From Vicugna vicugna (taxonomy: Eukaryota): a stretch of 64,000 nt of DNA. The position numbers were made by a program, and so were the translations under genes. The DNA is taken from positions 1,180,001 through 1,244,000 of the forward strand of contig MU058009.1 in NCBI GenBank assembly GCA_013265495.1, written 5' to 3'. Shown here piece after piece: positions 1 through 12,984 of this stretch; positions within the stretch are counted from its first letter, which is position 1; each line of letters opens with the position of its first letter. The notes beneath the pieces are model-generated. The model was not told the DNA's origin. It worked only from the letters and a program-made list of their open reading frames with translations, and made no database searches.

Positions 1-1440
1 TTCTTTGTTTCTGTATATTCTACTTTGTGAAATATTTTGCAGTTGGCGACATTACTTGCTTCTGCCAAGAATTAATTAGCACTGGCCTCTGCACTGCACT
101 GTTTACCTCAGAAAACTGTGGACGGCTCTGAGTCATTGCTCCACAGAGGTGGCTGGGAAGGCGCGGAGTAATGAGAAGGTGCTTTGCACACTTTGGGCAC
201 ACTGGCACTTTTCAATTATTTATGCAGCTTAATCCCACTGAAAAAGCACATTCTCCAAAGGACACCCGCAGGTCCTCCGCAGGCTGGAGCTGGCAGAAAG
301 TAATATGGGAAGAATGAGAGTGAGGACTGTGCTTAAGGGAGCTCGTCTGACCTTCCCGGAGACCCTTGCTATTAAAACAGGCAGTTTGCTTAGCTAATAA
401 TAACAACACTCAGGACTTGTCATCTTCAAAGAACTTTAATTAATCCTCATAGCACCCTGGTGGGCTGCATAAGGTAAGTGTTATTATCTCCATTTCATAT
501 GAAGCAAGATGCAGGCACAAATAGAGAAGGAAAATGGTTTGTTCGAGATAGCGAGTGTAAAGTAAAATTTAGCACTAAGGAATACCTTCGATCGCATGGC
601 TTCCAACTGTAAAGTCCCTTTAGCGATTTATCTGGGGCAGAGCACACGGGACCGATGGTAAGAGCTATAGAGAGGGCAGGTGGAGAGCACAACCAGACCG
701 AAATGTCTTACCTGAGACACAGGAGTGGAAAATGGATAATCATCAAGAGCAGAGGAAAAATGGATCTGGGATGGAGAGTTTCATTAAAAAAAAAAGAGAG
801 AGAGAGAGAGATAGTGAGATCCTCCAGTTTTGCTCTGAGCACATAAAATTATTCATCTCTGATGCAATGAGCTCAATAAAACAAATAAAATAAAATGCTA
901 TTAAATCTTCAAAGTCTTGAGTGCTGTGTAAACAGAGACCGAGGAGAAGATGGACGCACTGAGCTGGGAAGAACGTGATCATTGTGGTATCTTTGACTGG
1001 GTGGGTGAGTGACCAGAGTGGACTGCTCTCTCGCTTTCCTTCTGTGTCACAAATGCCTTCTGTCTCTCCCTGACACTGTTTGCCTCTGTGATTCCAGCCT
1101 ATGGAGTTTATGACATGTATGCCATTTTCCAGACTCTCTTCAGTTTGCTTTTGCTTAGAAGGACAAAAGATTTGTTCAACTGGCTGTTGATGGTGAACAT
1201 CACCCCACAAGGTTCAGCAGTCACAAGATGAGGGCTTGGAGAGTCCTGAAACACATCTCTTCAAAGACCATCTCTTCCAGCTGAGGATGCAGAAGGCCAG
1301 AAAACAAATATGTTCAAGGTCAACTAGATGGTAAATGAATGCATGAGAACTGGAAGCCAGGTGTTTTGCCTTCTGTGATCGCTCTTCTCGGAGGAAGTTC
1401 TTAGGTTTGCACTTGCGATAGCTGCAGTAAGAGTGTGTAC

Positions 1441-2239
1441 GGTCAGAGCAGCCATCATTCAAAAGTCCACAAATGGGAAATGCTGGAGAGGCTGTGGAGA
1501 AAGGGGAACCCTCCTGCACTGCCAGTGGGGACGCAGTTTGGTGCAGTCATTGTGGAAAACAGTATGGCAATTCCTCAAAAGACTAGGAATAAATTTACCG
1601 TATGACCCAGGAATCCCACACCTGGCATATATCCAGAAGGAACCCTGCTTCAAAAAGACACCTGCACCCCAATGTGCATAGCAGCACTATTTGCAATAGC
1701 CAAGACATGGAGACAGCCTAAATGTCCATCAACAGATGACTGGCTAAAGAAGATGTGGTATATGTATACAATGTGATACTATTCAGCCATAAAAAATGAC
1801 AACATAACGCCATTTGCAGCAACATGGATGGGCCTGGAGATTGTCATTCTAAGCGAAGTAAGCCAGAAAGAGAAAGAAAAATACCATATGAGATCACTCA
1901 TATGTGGAATCTAAAAAAAAAAAAAACCTAAATACAAAACAGACTCATAGACATAGAATACAAACTCGTGTTTGCCAAGGGGGTCAGGGGGTGGGAATGG
2001 ACAGACTGGGATTTCAAAATTTGTAGATACTGACAGGCTTATGCAGAATAGATAAACAAGATTATACTGTGTAGCACAGGGAAATATATACAAGATCTGG
2101 TGGTAGCTCACAGAGAAAAAGAATGCATCAATGAATATATGTATGTTCATGTATAACTGAAAAATTGTGCTCTACACTGGAACTTGACACAACATTGTAA
2201 AATGACGATAACTCAATAAAAAAAAGTTAATAAAAAGGA
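1441..2239 (+). mobile_element. 5'-truncated LINE-1 (ORF2 C-terminus, 3'UTR, A-rich tail), lineage-specific, probably camelid type
   Basis: ORF 1433-1681 reads [18 protein letters not shown]...[23 protein letters not shown], the L1 ORF2 cysteine-rich tail. The 3'UTR ends in CTCAATAAAAAAA. Target-site duplication AGTGTGTAC at 1432-1440 and 2240-2248. Confidence 0.95.
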
Positions 2240-3999
2240 AGTGTGTACAATGAAACTCTCAAAAAAGCAATGAAACACGTCAAAAATACAAGGTTGATGA
2301 CAGCGGACCCCCAAGGAAATGAGCCCCAGAGAGGTGGCCAGAATCCCTCATCCATAATTTAGTTGTTTAGCTTCAAAGAGCTTCAACTGCCAAAGCAAAG
2401 ATCCGCTTTCTGGGTTGGTGAAGTCGCAGTGAAAAGGAAGACGGCGTGTCCATGGCCCTTGGTGGCCTCGCTAAGCTCCCATAGTTATCTGATCCAACAA
2501 GCTCAGTAAGTGCTCCATCGCAAGTCGAGAGAGAAAGTGAATGGTGGATGCACTTCTGCAGCCACTTCTCTGAAATAGAACAGACCATGTTGGGGACTCT
2601 CTCAAGAAATCGTCTTGTACCTTCTGAGTTTCTAAAAATAACATATTGAGGAGGCCAAAGAAAAGGGTCAGAGAACACCAGTACTATGCTAAGGAAGGAT
2701 GTGAAATAATGCCTGAAAGGGGGCTGGAATGCGTCCAGCGGCTCAGCACACGGAGGGATGGTTTCCTTATGTCCTGGGGGCGGGGGCGGGGGGAGCAGGG
2801 CGCGAGCAAGAGAGGGGAATCATGGTAATCTCACAGAAGGACGCATCTGAATTCTGAGGACAAACAAGAAAGCTTTATGTCTTGTGAGTCCCAGGAAGGA
2901 TGGCAATAGACCCAGAAGAGGAGAGAGCAAAGATCGCGTTCACCGTGAGAAACGGAGTTCCGAAGAACAGAGTTTGACAGGGTATCATGTACATGTTACA
3001 TTTTGGCATCAATTGTTTGCATCGGGTTCCAGAGGGAATCTTGCAATGTTGAAGAGGGATTTGTCTGAGTTGGTTGGTTATTTTTCACTTGCTCGTGTTT
3101 GTCTTAGAATGAGGTGCAGCCCCTGCCTCTGCAAACCAGCACGCTAGTTGGAAATCATTGCTCCACTGCCCAACCATCATGCAAAATGGCCACTTTCAAA
3201 GGCAGGTCCTGTCCTTGGGGCAACAGAAGTCAGAGGGCTACAGAATTAGATTCCTTCCCTCGAGCCAAGTGGCTCATGGCAAGAGTGTGAGATGGCCCTT
3301 GTGATATGATTCCAGGGGCTCAAAGTTAACGTGGGAGACTCCTGCCCACGTAGTTCTCGTCAGGGTCCTTTCTCCCTTCAGACAGCGCCCGCCCGCCCCA
3401 AATGTTTAGTATGCTTCCCCTACTAGGGGAGGCCAGCAGAAGGAAGATTCAGGTGACAGCTTTGATAATTTCCCAGATGTATGCTCTTCCCTGGAGTCTA
3501 GACTCACTGCCATATGAAGAAATACCTCTTTAGGAGGTTGTAGATTTCAAAGACAAAATATATATTACTACCCTCTCCAAATCAACATTTCTTTCTGCAA
3601 AGAAATCAAAGGCATAGTGAATCATACTTTTTTTTTTTAAGTTAGTAAGTTTGGACTGAATCAAAGGAAAGAGCATTTCTCACACGGTTTGGTTACTTCT
3701 GCATATTTGCTGGGGCAGAATGCTTCATTTTGGGCTGAGTATCTGTTCATTTTTTTTCTCATGTTGTTCATTCCGCTAGGAAGGCCATCTACCAAAAGCA
3801 TCCCCCTACCTGCGCACACCCACACCCCCACTACTTGAAGCAATTCTGTTTATCCTTCAAATACTAGCCCTCCTTCATGTCTCTAACAGATTTCATTGCT
3901 CCCACTTTTGTCTTCCTGTAATCGTTCGTTGATAAAAGTACCATTAATGTCAATTAAGTAAATGGATGCGTTGATGAATGTCCTATAGTCTATTGTGAC

Positions 4000-4226
4000 G
4001 GTAATGACTTCGGGACCTAAAGAACCTGGATTTGACTCCTGGCTTCAACACTTGGCAGGTCTTCAACTGAGTAAGTCTCATACCTCTGGGAGACTCAGAG
4101 CCCTTACCTGTACAATGGGAATAATAATACTGAGCTTGCAGGACACTCGTGAGGTTCTGGTACCACACATACGATGCCCTCAGCATAGCACCCTTACACG
4201 GGCTCAGTAAGTGCCCGCTATCATCA
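4000..4226 (+). mobile_element. MIR SINE
   Basis: MIR core: cctggatttgactcctggct...acctgtacaatgggaataataatac...gctcagtaagtg. Confidence 0.75.
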
Positions 4227-6156
4227 GTCCGCAGTACCACAGTTAACTGTGCGTGCAATTTTATCTTATAGGCATCGAGGAGCCATTAAAGCTCATTAAG
4301 AAGGGAAGTGGCATTAGAAAGGTGATTTTGAAATCCAAAGTAGGGACTGTGTAAGGAAATGAAGAGCTGACAGGTGATTTAGATAAGAGGTGAGCGAAAT
4401 CAGCAAAATGAAACTAATGCACGTGGTTATATCAGGACCAGAGGTCACCCTGGTGAGCCGAGCAGGGACTGAGGGAAAACGTTCAGCAGAGATGGAAGCA
4501 GTTCCCTGGACCTTTGCCCTTCCCTCTGTTCCTCTCTGTGACCATCCACTGCTCTCTGCTGCTGTGCATCTATTTCCTCTCCTGCTTCCTCTCTCTGAGC
4601 ACGTGACTCATCACTTGAACTAAAGTCCTTACTCCATTCTCTCTGCCTCAAAAGTGCAGCAAAAGCCAGTGATATATAGACTATTCCACAGGTGTCCAAT
4701 TCTCCTTAATTTTACTTCAGTATTTGGAGCACAAGGGAAAAATCATGAGGGATAAAACACATGGTGCTGTCCTTTATTAGCCACATTACCATGTTCTTTT
4801 CATTGGAAAGAAGAAGCTGGATTTGAACAGGGCATCATCGCTGAGGGCACCACCATGCTGCTCCGCTCACTGTCAAGAGGAGACGAGGGGGACAAAACAA
4901 GCAGAGGTGTGAAAAAAGGGGATTCGAGTTGGACTTTGTGGCAAGTGTCCTGAACTGCAGGGCGGACATATAATGGGAGAAGCTACACAGAAAAGTTTCC
5001 AGAACCTTCTTCCCAAATATGTTGAAAAATAGGAGAAAGGGCCTCATACTTAATTAGCTTCCGGTCACCAGCCTTGACGTGACTAGAGCCTCCTGAAGGG
5101 CCCTTGGCAGCCCGGGTCTCCCGTGCCTTTGGACGTGATCCTACGAATAGAAGCTACACTCCCAGCAGGAAAGCAGCACCTGCCCTGCATCCGCTAATCC
5201 CAGCGTGGGTCCTGAGGCTCCAGAGAGATATCAGAGCTCGCAGGTTTTTCATCGCAGATCATGTGCTGCGGTGGCCCCGAGACTCCATTACTCCGCTTCC
5301 AAAATCCCCGTGACCTTGGCCGGCAGCAGGATGCAGATCACAGGGAGCGGCTGTAACCCAGTCACACAGGCATCTCAACCATTCTGGGAGAGCGAAAACT
5401 GCTTAGCCCCCAGGGTCATGGCCGCGGCGTCTCTCTGAGAAAGAAAGAAATTAGTTTTAACGTACACTCCTCGGGCTTCGGAGAGAAATAAAAAGGCAAG
5501 ATGGAAAGGCAAAATTGTTGAGCATCTCTCGGATCGCCCTTTTAGCTGTTCTGTGACTCCAGAAACAAGCAGCTCTGGCTCGGAGTAAATCTGATCACAT
5601 TTAGACACAGCCCCGTAGGAAACAGAGGGGAGAGGAAAGATGTTCAGGACTCTTTAATCTTCTTGGAGATGGAAGCAGGGAAGAAGAACCCAGTGAATGA
5701 CTGTGAAGTTAGCCGACGTGCTGTGGAACACAGGAGAGTCGCAGCGGTGAGCGCGGCCGGCATTAACGGGGTCTTCAGTGGCACAGGGTGTCGGCCGGAG
5801 GCAGCCCGCAGCGCCGCCGGGGCTCGGCAGGGGCTCCAGCAGCTCAGAAGAGAGCCCTGGGCTGAATCTGCCTTTGGTTGCCGCCTGCAAATGCCACCTG
5901 CAAACAGTCACAGAGCAGCTGCTGAGAGACGGCTGTCAGGACCGGCCGCGCCCTATGTCCCCACGGTGCTCCTCCTTTTCATACTGTTAAAGCCACCTGA
6001 TCGCCATATTCAGGCCACAGTGTCATCCCGGCATCTGGGACCAGTCCTGTCCTGAGTCAGTGACGGACAGAGGAGCGATGGGTAGATACTCAGCCTCACG
6101 GCTGCCTGATGGCTGATTCACTCTGACCTTGTTCTGCAGTTCTGCAAGTTGGATCT

Positions 6157-6357
6157 TAGTCTAGTTCTCAGGTTAGCTGCAGTTATGATACTATAAATAA
6201 CACTTAATAGTAAGTATTTATAGATATTACATAAGACAATGTAGCTCTTAGATTAGCTGAGTTTATGATAAGATGTAACATATATTATACATATTATATA
6301 TAATGCATTTATAAATCATGTATAATCATAAATATAGATAATCTGAGAACTAGACTA
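6157..6357. repeat. ~200-bp segment bounded by ~22-bp inverted repeats, AT-rich interior
   Basis: Left arm TAGTCTAGTTCTCAGGTTAGCT versus reverse complement of right arm TAGTCTAGTTCTCAGATTATCT (2 mismatches). Confidence 0.85.
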
Positions 6358-6360
6358 GGG

Positions 6361-6395
6361 CACACACAAACACACACACACACACACACACACAC
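6361..6395. repeat. (CA)n microsatellite
   Basis: Direct reading. Confidence 0.95.
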
Positions 6396-8829
6396 TCAAG
6401 CAGAAGTTTATGACTTAAATTTCAAAACAAGTAGCTCCCATTCAAACAGCGGTTCAAGGACCCAGGCTCATTCTGTGGCCCCATCGCGCTCCACCGAGGC
6501 TTCGGAAGACTCCGTCTTCACCTGCATCAAGTCAGCAGGTGGAAGAGGAGGGACGGTATGCAGGGGAGGGCTCCACGGGCCAGGCCCAGGCGCACGTTCT
6601 TAGCCTGAAGCCGGGTCCTCCTTTCCTTTAGAGCTTCTGTCTAGTTTTCAGTGGCTGCTGAATCCATGCCCCCATTCAGTTTTCATCCTTCTGTGAGCCA
6701 CATTGGAAAGCTCTTCTTGAATTAGAGCCTGGCCTAAATGAGGGAGAATTTGACAGGTTGCCATGGCTCTTAGTCTACTGGAATATTCTGCCGTGGTAAA
6801 CAGCAAGCATTATTAACATGAATGTTTTCAGTACAGGAAACAGCCTCTCTCTCTGTGGAATTGGAAAGGAAGTTTTCCACACCCACCAGCTCTGGGTGAT
6901 GTACTGTTCTGACTGTACAATGACAAGAAACAGTGCTTCAAAATAAGATCCCAAGTTGTCTGAGGTTTTAATTACATGTATTAAAACAATCGTTATCATT
7001 AACACTAAGACTACTTACATAACACACTTTATTTGCAAAGCACTTTATGAGCACTAATTCCTAAATAGAATAATAAACTAGCAAACATTAATTATAAAGT
7101 CAGTACGTGGAAGAGTAGTTGAATTGGGACATCAGTTTGAGGTTAAGATCCCCACTTTTGTTGGGGTTTCTCTCCCCACCACCCATGCCCACATCTTTGG
7201 GTTTCATAATTCCCTTACCTAAAAATAGAGGCTGTAAAATCTCAGCGAATATTATAAGGGTCAGATCCTAGCTGAGCAGTAAGAATTGTCCACGTTAAGA
7301 GCCTGCTGCATATTCATAGTCTTGAAGAGCACAGATGAAAATATGCCTTTTGAAATTTTGATTTGTGATCATTTCTGAATCCATATGTACTCATTAAATG
7401 CCACTGAATGCATTTTTAATAATGAGAAGGAATTTGACAAACGACCTGTCTGCACTGAACAAAGAGAGGTAATGCAGATCTCACACAGCAGGGGAAATAC
7501 CTGGAGAGTGCTAAAATCCCATTTGTTAAAGTATATCGTATTGTGTTCAAACTGTCCATTTTAAGACTGGTAGCTGATAATAATCCTCGTCATGCTGCCT
7601 CATACTCCTATCTTACTAACCAAGGGGGCAATTTACCCTGCATCTGCAAAGTGAGTAGGTTGGGTGCTAGTTTTTAATGCACACATCCTCTAATGATGCC
7701 CTTACAAGAAAGGGAAACCATTCTCATTGTCGCATTAAGCTCTGCCCTAGAACAAGGCTTCAACATGTTTCCTTTTGTGTTTGTGATCTCTTTATTCTCC
7801 AAGGATTGGACTCAGTAGAGAAGAAGGTAAGAAATGGCCTTCATATAAATTAGTTTAAAAAAGAAGGGGGAAAAAAAGGAACTTCTATTAATGGTCAAGG
7901 AAAGAAAGAAAGAAATCAGTATTTATTGAGTCGTTTTGTGCCAGTCACTGTGCCAGGGCATTTGTATTACAGGTAATTTAGATTTGGGGATGGGAAGCAG
8001 AGCCAAGCTTGTTTAGTTAACTCTTCATTATTCAGTGGATACATTTGCTGATCATTTCGGGGAATCTTAGCCTCGCCTTTCTCTTTCCACTGGTGCAGGT
8101 CCAGAACTCTTCGTCTCCATCCCTCATAGCTGATAATTACCTGGAGACTGAAAATTTTGTTTACAACATAATTAAGAAAATAGTCTTACAAAATAAGTAA
8201 AGTCAGAATGTGGCCCAAATCCAAATACAAAAAAAGTGTGATGTTCAAATTATCATCAGTGATGCTAAACTCCGTTTCTGTGGCTCAGAGTTATCTGTAA
8301 AGATTACTGTATTTCCGCTGATTTTTGTCTTTCGGGAAGTAAAAGAAAATCACACATAACTCAGTTATTTAAAGTTCATTTTTAGCAAATAGCAGATGTA
8401 ATTCCAAAATAATTGAAAACTGGTGAAATACAGAAGTCACCGTGGTAAATATAATGTATATAAAGAAATCGGAAGCTAATCCTAGGTAAATGCTTTAAGA
8501 TCATTTAGTTCATCCAGCCTACAGTAGAGGTTGAAAAGTCATAGCAAGACATGTTAAGTGACTTTCCCAAATTCACCCAGCAGAGAACACCGCAGATTCA
8601 GGCATTCTGAATTTCTTAACAGAAACCTGAAGGAGGTTATTTCTTTTGCCACCTCTCAGAAAGAAATGGCACATCTACTAAATTCCATTCCTTCATGACA
8701 GAAAGTAGGGTGAGTATAATGTTTGCCTGTAATGACATTGCTAGATGCCCCTCGTCCCCATTTCCTCCTGAAACGAAGCAAAACAAAACAAAAAGGGGGG
8801 GAGGGAATAGCTTAAGTGCTCCACCTTCA

Positions 8830-9420
8830 GACTCTGCATCAGTAAGTCCTTCCTCTCATCTTCAACTCTTTTCAGCTCAGTTACTCTAATGCTCACTCTG
8901 CTACAATTCGCCTCACGTCTATGTCTTCAACTCGTGAACACTACCAATTTCTCACTACCTTTAACCACCCTCCTATCTTCACTGTCCTCTTTGCTCATCT
9001 TCGATCTCGCCACCCATCACTAGATATAATCATATACAAACGCCATCCTGGTCCTCTCCCTCTTCACCTGTCTTTCCCCGGTGGCCATGCTCCCGTCCAT
9101 TGTAACCAGCAACGCTCCGTCTTTCCAGTGCCTACACTCGAGCAGGCAAGTATAACAAGAGGAAATAACATGACTAGTAAATTCATAATTACAAAACTAC
9201 AGTGGGCACTAAACTCGTTCTGGAACTCCTACTTTCCTTCCGCCAAACCCTCAATCGTCTCCCCCATTCTTTCTCTTGTTACAATAAAGGAATTGCTTAC
9301 TTCCTATTCAAGGCTGGTTTCTCCACTTGCATTCATCACTTTTCTCCAGTTCAAGTTTCTTACACCATCGCTGATCGTTTCTCCATTCAGTATTCATCCT
9401 CAAACCTCTATTTTAGATTA
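8830..9420 (+). mobile_element. L2 LINE ORF2 remnant
   Basis: C/T-rich L2-like sequence; translation KFIITKLQWALNS resembles L2 ORF2 (KFMxTNLKWALNA). Confidence 0.65.
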
Positions 9421-9459
9421 TATAAAGTATAAACGTCTTTGGTTTGATGGAAGCCATAG

Positions 9460-9815
9460 AAAGGAATCTGTATTTTGTTTCAAGTGTGAGTCCGAACAGG
9501 ACAGAGACAAGATGTAATTCACATTTTAAAAAGTAGAAAGGCCTCTGCGGAACTATAAAGAGAGAGACAGAGTTAGAGAAGGGAAACCATTAGTATCTGT
9601 TGCAACAGAACAGGAGAAAGAATATGATGACTTAGACCGTGATGGTTCCAGTTAATGGGAAACTAGCTCCCACTAGGCGGGAAGTGGCAAGATCTGAGAT
9701 ATATTTTTTAAGCTAAAGTCAAAATGACTTGCTGACAGTGTGAATGCAGGCTTATAAGGAGAGAGAGGAATTGTGGATGAAACCCAGATTTGGGGCTAGA
9801 GAAACTGGCTTATCT
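9460..9815 (-). mobile_element. L2 fragment in the opposite orientation
   Basis: Purine-rich antisense-L2 phrases: gatgacttagaccgtgatggt, gatctgagatatatttttaag, gacttgctgacagtgtgaatg. Confidence 0.65.
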
Positions 9816-9839
9816 CTTCCATTTCCTCAATTGTTACTC

Positions 9840-10630
9840 ATTTTTAAATGAATGATTAAATATTTCAATATACAGGAAACTGCGAAAAATAATAAATGTT
9901 CAAGTAACCACCACTAAGATTTAAATAAAGATATTAACATTTTGCCATGTTTCTTCAGATGTCTCTCTTTTTGTTTTAAGAATTAAATTAAATTATTACA
10001 GAAATAGCTAATAGCTCTTTGGAGGTAACTATTTTCCTGACATTGATATGTATTCTTCCCAATGAACATTTTTTATTTGATTTTTCTCTCTCTCTCTCTA
10101 TATATATATACCCACAAATTTTTAAATACTGTACTATGTTTGAACATTTGAACAAGTGGTATCATATTTTGCAATTATTTGGCAACTCTCTTTTCACTCA
10201 AAATTGTGTTTTGAAATTTATTCACACCAGTATAGATTTCGTATGCTTTATTCCTATACATATTATAGCATTGTTTGAATAAATTCTTTTTATTTATTTC
10301 CCAGGAATGGGCAGTTAGATTGCCCTGAGCCTCTCTTAGGCTGGGGCCTCAGTGAATACCTTGCAGGTGTTACCCCGTGCAGGTAGATGAGTTTCTCAAA
10401 GGATAATTCTAAGAAATAAAGCAGCTGGGTCCTAAAGATAGGCATGATCTACTTTTGTTTTCTTCAGGGTGCTGCCAAACTGATTTCTCAAAAGGTTTTC
10501 CTACTTTGCAAAGTCACCTGAAGTGTGTGAGCACTCCCGTTTCCTTACGTCTTCATCAGTGCTTGGTGTTTTTGGCTGGTTTAATTTTTCCCAGTCTGTG
10601 GCATGTGAAATGATATTTCAGTGCTGTCTT
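9840..10630 (-). mobile_element. Ancient L1ME-type 3' end
   Basis: ttaacattttgccatg...ggtatcatattttg...ggcagttagattg...ttaatttttcccagtctg pattern of antisense L1ME 3'UTR. Confidence 0.7.
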
Positions 10631-10649
10631 TTACTCTTTTTTTTTTCAC

Positions 10650-11725
10650 TCTACTCTGGCTTTCAGTCTTGTCACGCCACTAAATCTGCTGCTTTCAGTC
10701 ATCAATGATCTCCATGTTGTCAACTCGAATATATAGAGTGGAACAGCCCCTAACTCAGCTGATCATTCCCTTTCTGAAACACTCACCTGTCAATCATCCA
10801 GACACTTCACATTCTCCCTACCTCCCTGACAGCTACTTCTCAGCCTCTTTTCTTCCTGTCTTCTCCTGTCCCTCACGGCCTGGCTTGGGCCCTCTTTTCA
10901 GTTCCATCACTTCTTTCTAGGTGATGTACTCTTTCCCGTGATCTAAGATGTCAACTTTATGATGACCCCTGACCAATGGCATTGTTCTGCACCTCTGTGC
11001 TTCTAACTTCTGTTTGCTTCTCTATTCTGATGTATCGTAGGCATCTCAAAGTCAATATGTCAAAACATGGAGCCCTTTATTCCCACCAGCTGGACATCCC
11101 CAAAGTGCCTCTCTTTCACTAAACAGCCCATTGTCATCAATAGACTTACTGACTCCTAAGTCTAGCATCAGACTCTGCACTTCTGTTTCTTTTAGCCCCT
11201 GTGTCCAATGTATAACCTGGGTATCTTGCTTCTCTTCCCCCAGAATGTGTTTTGTGTCACTCCACTTCTCTCCTTGGTCTCTGCCACCACTCTAGTTCAA
11301 GTTCATCACAGCTTTCAGATGATACTCCCCACCAATTCCCTCAGCTAAGCTGTTGCCCCTTAATAGATCATTTCTTCACAGTAGCCAGAGAGAAGTTCTA
11401 AAATGCAAATCGGTTTATGATTCTTTCCTATTTAAACGTATCCAATGACTTCCTCTTTCAACTGTCGCACTTTGACTAGATCTCAGATCTTTACTGTGGC
11501 CTCAGTACATGGACCAGACTCTCCAGCACCATCACCTGTTTCTCATTGTTCTTCACTCGCACTGGTCTTCCAGCAGTTCCTGAGACACGATCCTTCCTGC
11601 CTTGAGCCCGTGGCTGTCGCCCCTTTGACCGAGATGTCATTCATGCAGCCTGCCTCCCATCCTTCAGATCTGTTTAAATCCAAGTTCCTCAAAAAGATCT
11701 ACCTGAACCACGATATCTAAGGATG
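10650..11725 (+). mobile_element. L2 LINE 3' region, probably continuing the 8830-9420 copy
   Basis: aggcatctcaaagtcaatatgtcaaaac, ctgccaccactctagttcaag, cttcacagtagccagag and aaaatgcaaatc are typical L2 3' motifs. Confidence 0.8.
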
Positions 11726-11769
11726 TTTTCCTACGGTTGACATCTTTTGGGAGAAGTCTTTTGCCTGGT

Positions 11770-12340
11770 TGTTATGTTTCAGAGATGCCTTATCAATGAT
11801 TGGCATAATTTTATAATCAGCCTGTCCAATTCCATTCAAATAACGTTGGGGTTTTAAAAACTAGAAATGTATTTTGAGGAAAAGCAATATTACTAAGTCA
11901 TCTACTGCGAGTGACATACATCTCTCCATTTACTTAGGGCCTCTTTCGGGGCTTTTAATTTTATACTGTTATGATAACATCCACAAGCCTTGTACATCTT
12001 TTCACAACTGTCTTCCCTAGGAAACTTCTATTTCATGTTTCCTTTGGAAATGGGCTCCTTTTTTGGCCCTGGAAAATCACATATTCTAACTTACCTTTGG
12101 CCACTGATCTTACATTAGCCAACACTGATAAACGGTTTATTAACTTTAATATTGTTTGTATTTTTGGTTTTCTATTTAGAGTATCATACCATTGGAGAAA
12201 AACGATAGCTCCCTGTCTTCCCTTCCAGGCACTTAATGCTTCTTTCGACTTTGCCCTGACCGGATAGAAGGCTGCTGAGATGCAGTCACTGTTCTTCTTT
12301 ATTTTTAAGGACACCAATTTTTCTCAGCAATTTTCAAGGT
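11770..12340 (-). mobile_element. Old L1M ORF2-region fragment
   Basis: ataattttataatcagcctgtccaattcc...tctctccatttacttagggcctct, antisense L1 phrases. Confidence 0.6.
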
Positions 12341-12609
12341 TTGGATTTACTTCCTAAATCTCCTCAAGTGATTAAGGTGCTTAGTTAAGAATTAAAAGTA
12401 AACTCAAAGAGATGCAGCCCCTGCTCTGTGACGGAGGCATGGATTGGGCACTTGGACAGAGCGCCCCAGCACCCAGCACCGCTGCCCGACTCTTGTTGAC
12501 TAAAGCTGCTGCCAAGTTTGAGGGCTGTGCCCTTCCGGCCGTGAGAGCAAGTTCATCAGCCTCAGCCCTCAGCCCCCCAAGGCTCAGCCAAACGCCTGAG
12601 GAAAGTGAC

Positions 12610-12626
12610 GCCAGTAGGTGGTGCTG
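12610..12626 (+). promoter_or_regulatory. CTCF-like motif
   Basis: GCCAGTAGGTGGTGCTG is close to the CTCF core CCAGCAGGTGGCGCT; motif match only. Confidence 0.35.
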
Positions 12627-12896
12627 GAAAGAGAGAGAGAGAGGGAGAGAGGATGTTCCTTGTCCACTCACAGATTAATATGGAGAAGGTGAGATTCTTT
12701 TTAAGCAGAGCGATTGTGCAACTGTCTCTGGAATCAGCAGTGATTTTGGAAAGGATAGTGGGCACTCAGAAGAGGAAAGGAGGCCAACGGGATGCGAGGA
12801 AGGATGGGAATCTGAGGAAACGATTACTTAACGAGATAAGTTGTTTCATCGACTATTCTCTTTCCATCACTCACATTCTAAAAAAGTCCACTATTG

Positions 12897-12984
12897 ATAC
12901 ACACGTGTGTGTGTATTTATAATATATACATTTATATATATATATATGTGTGTGTGTGTATATATATATAATATATATATATAT
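12897..12984. repeat. Compound (TG)n/(TA)n microsatellite
   Basis: Direct reading. Confidence 0.9.

Noticed and set aside
8921..9517. 198-aa plus-strand ORF as a gene
   Set aside because: It overlaps decayed L2 ORF2, and only a short patch is in the L2 frame.
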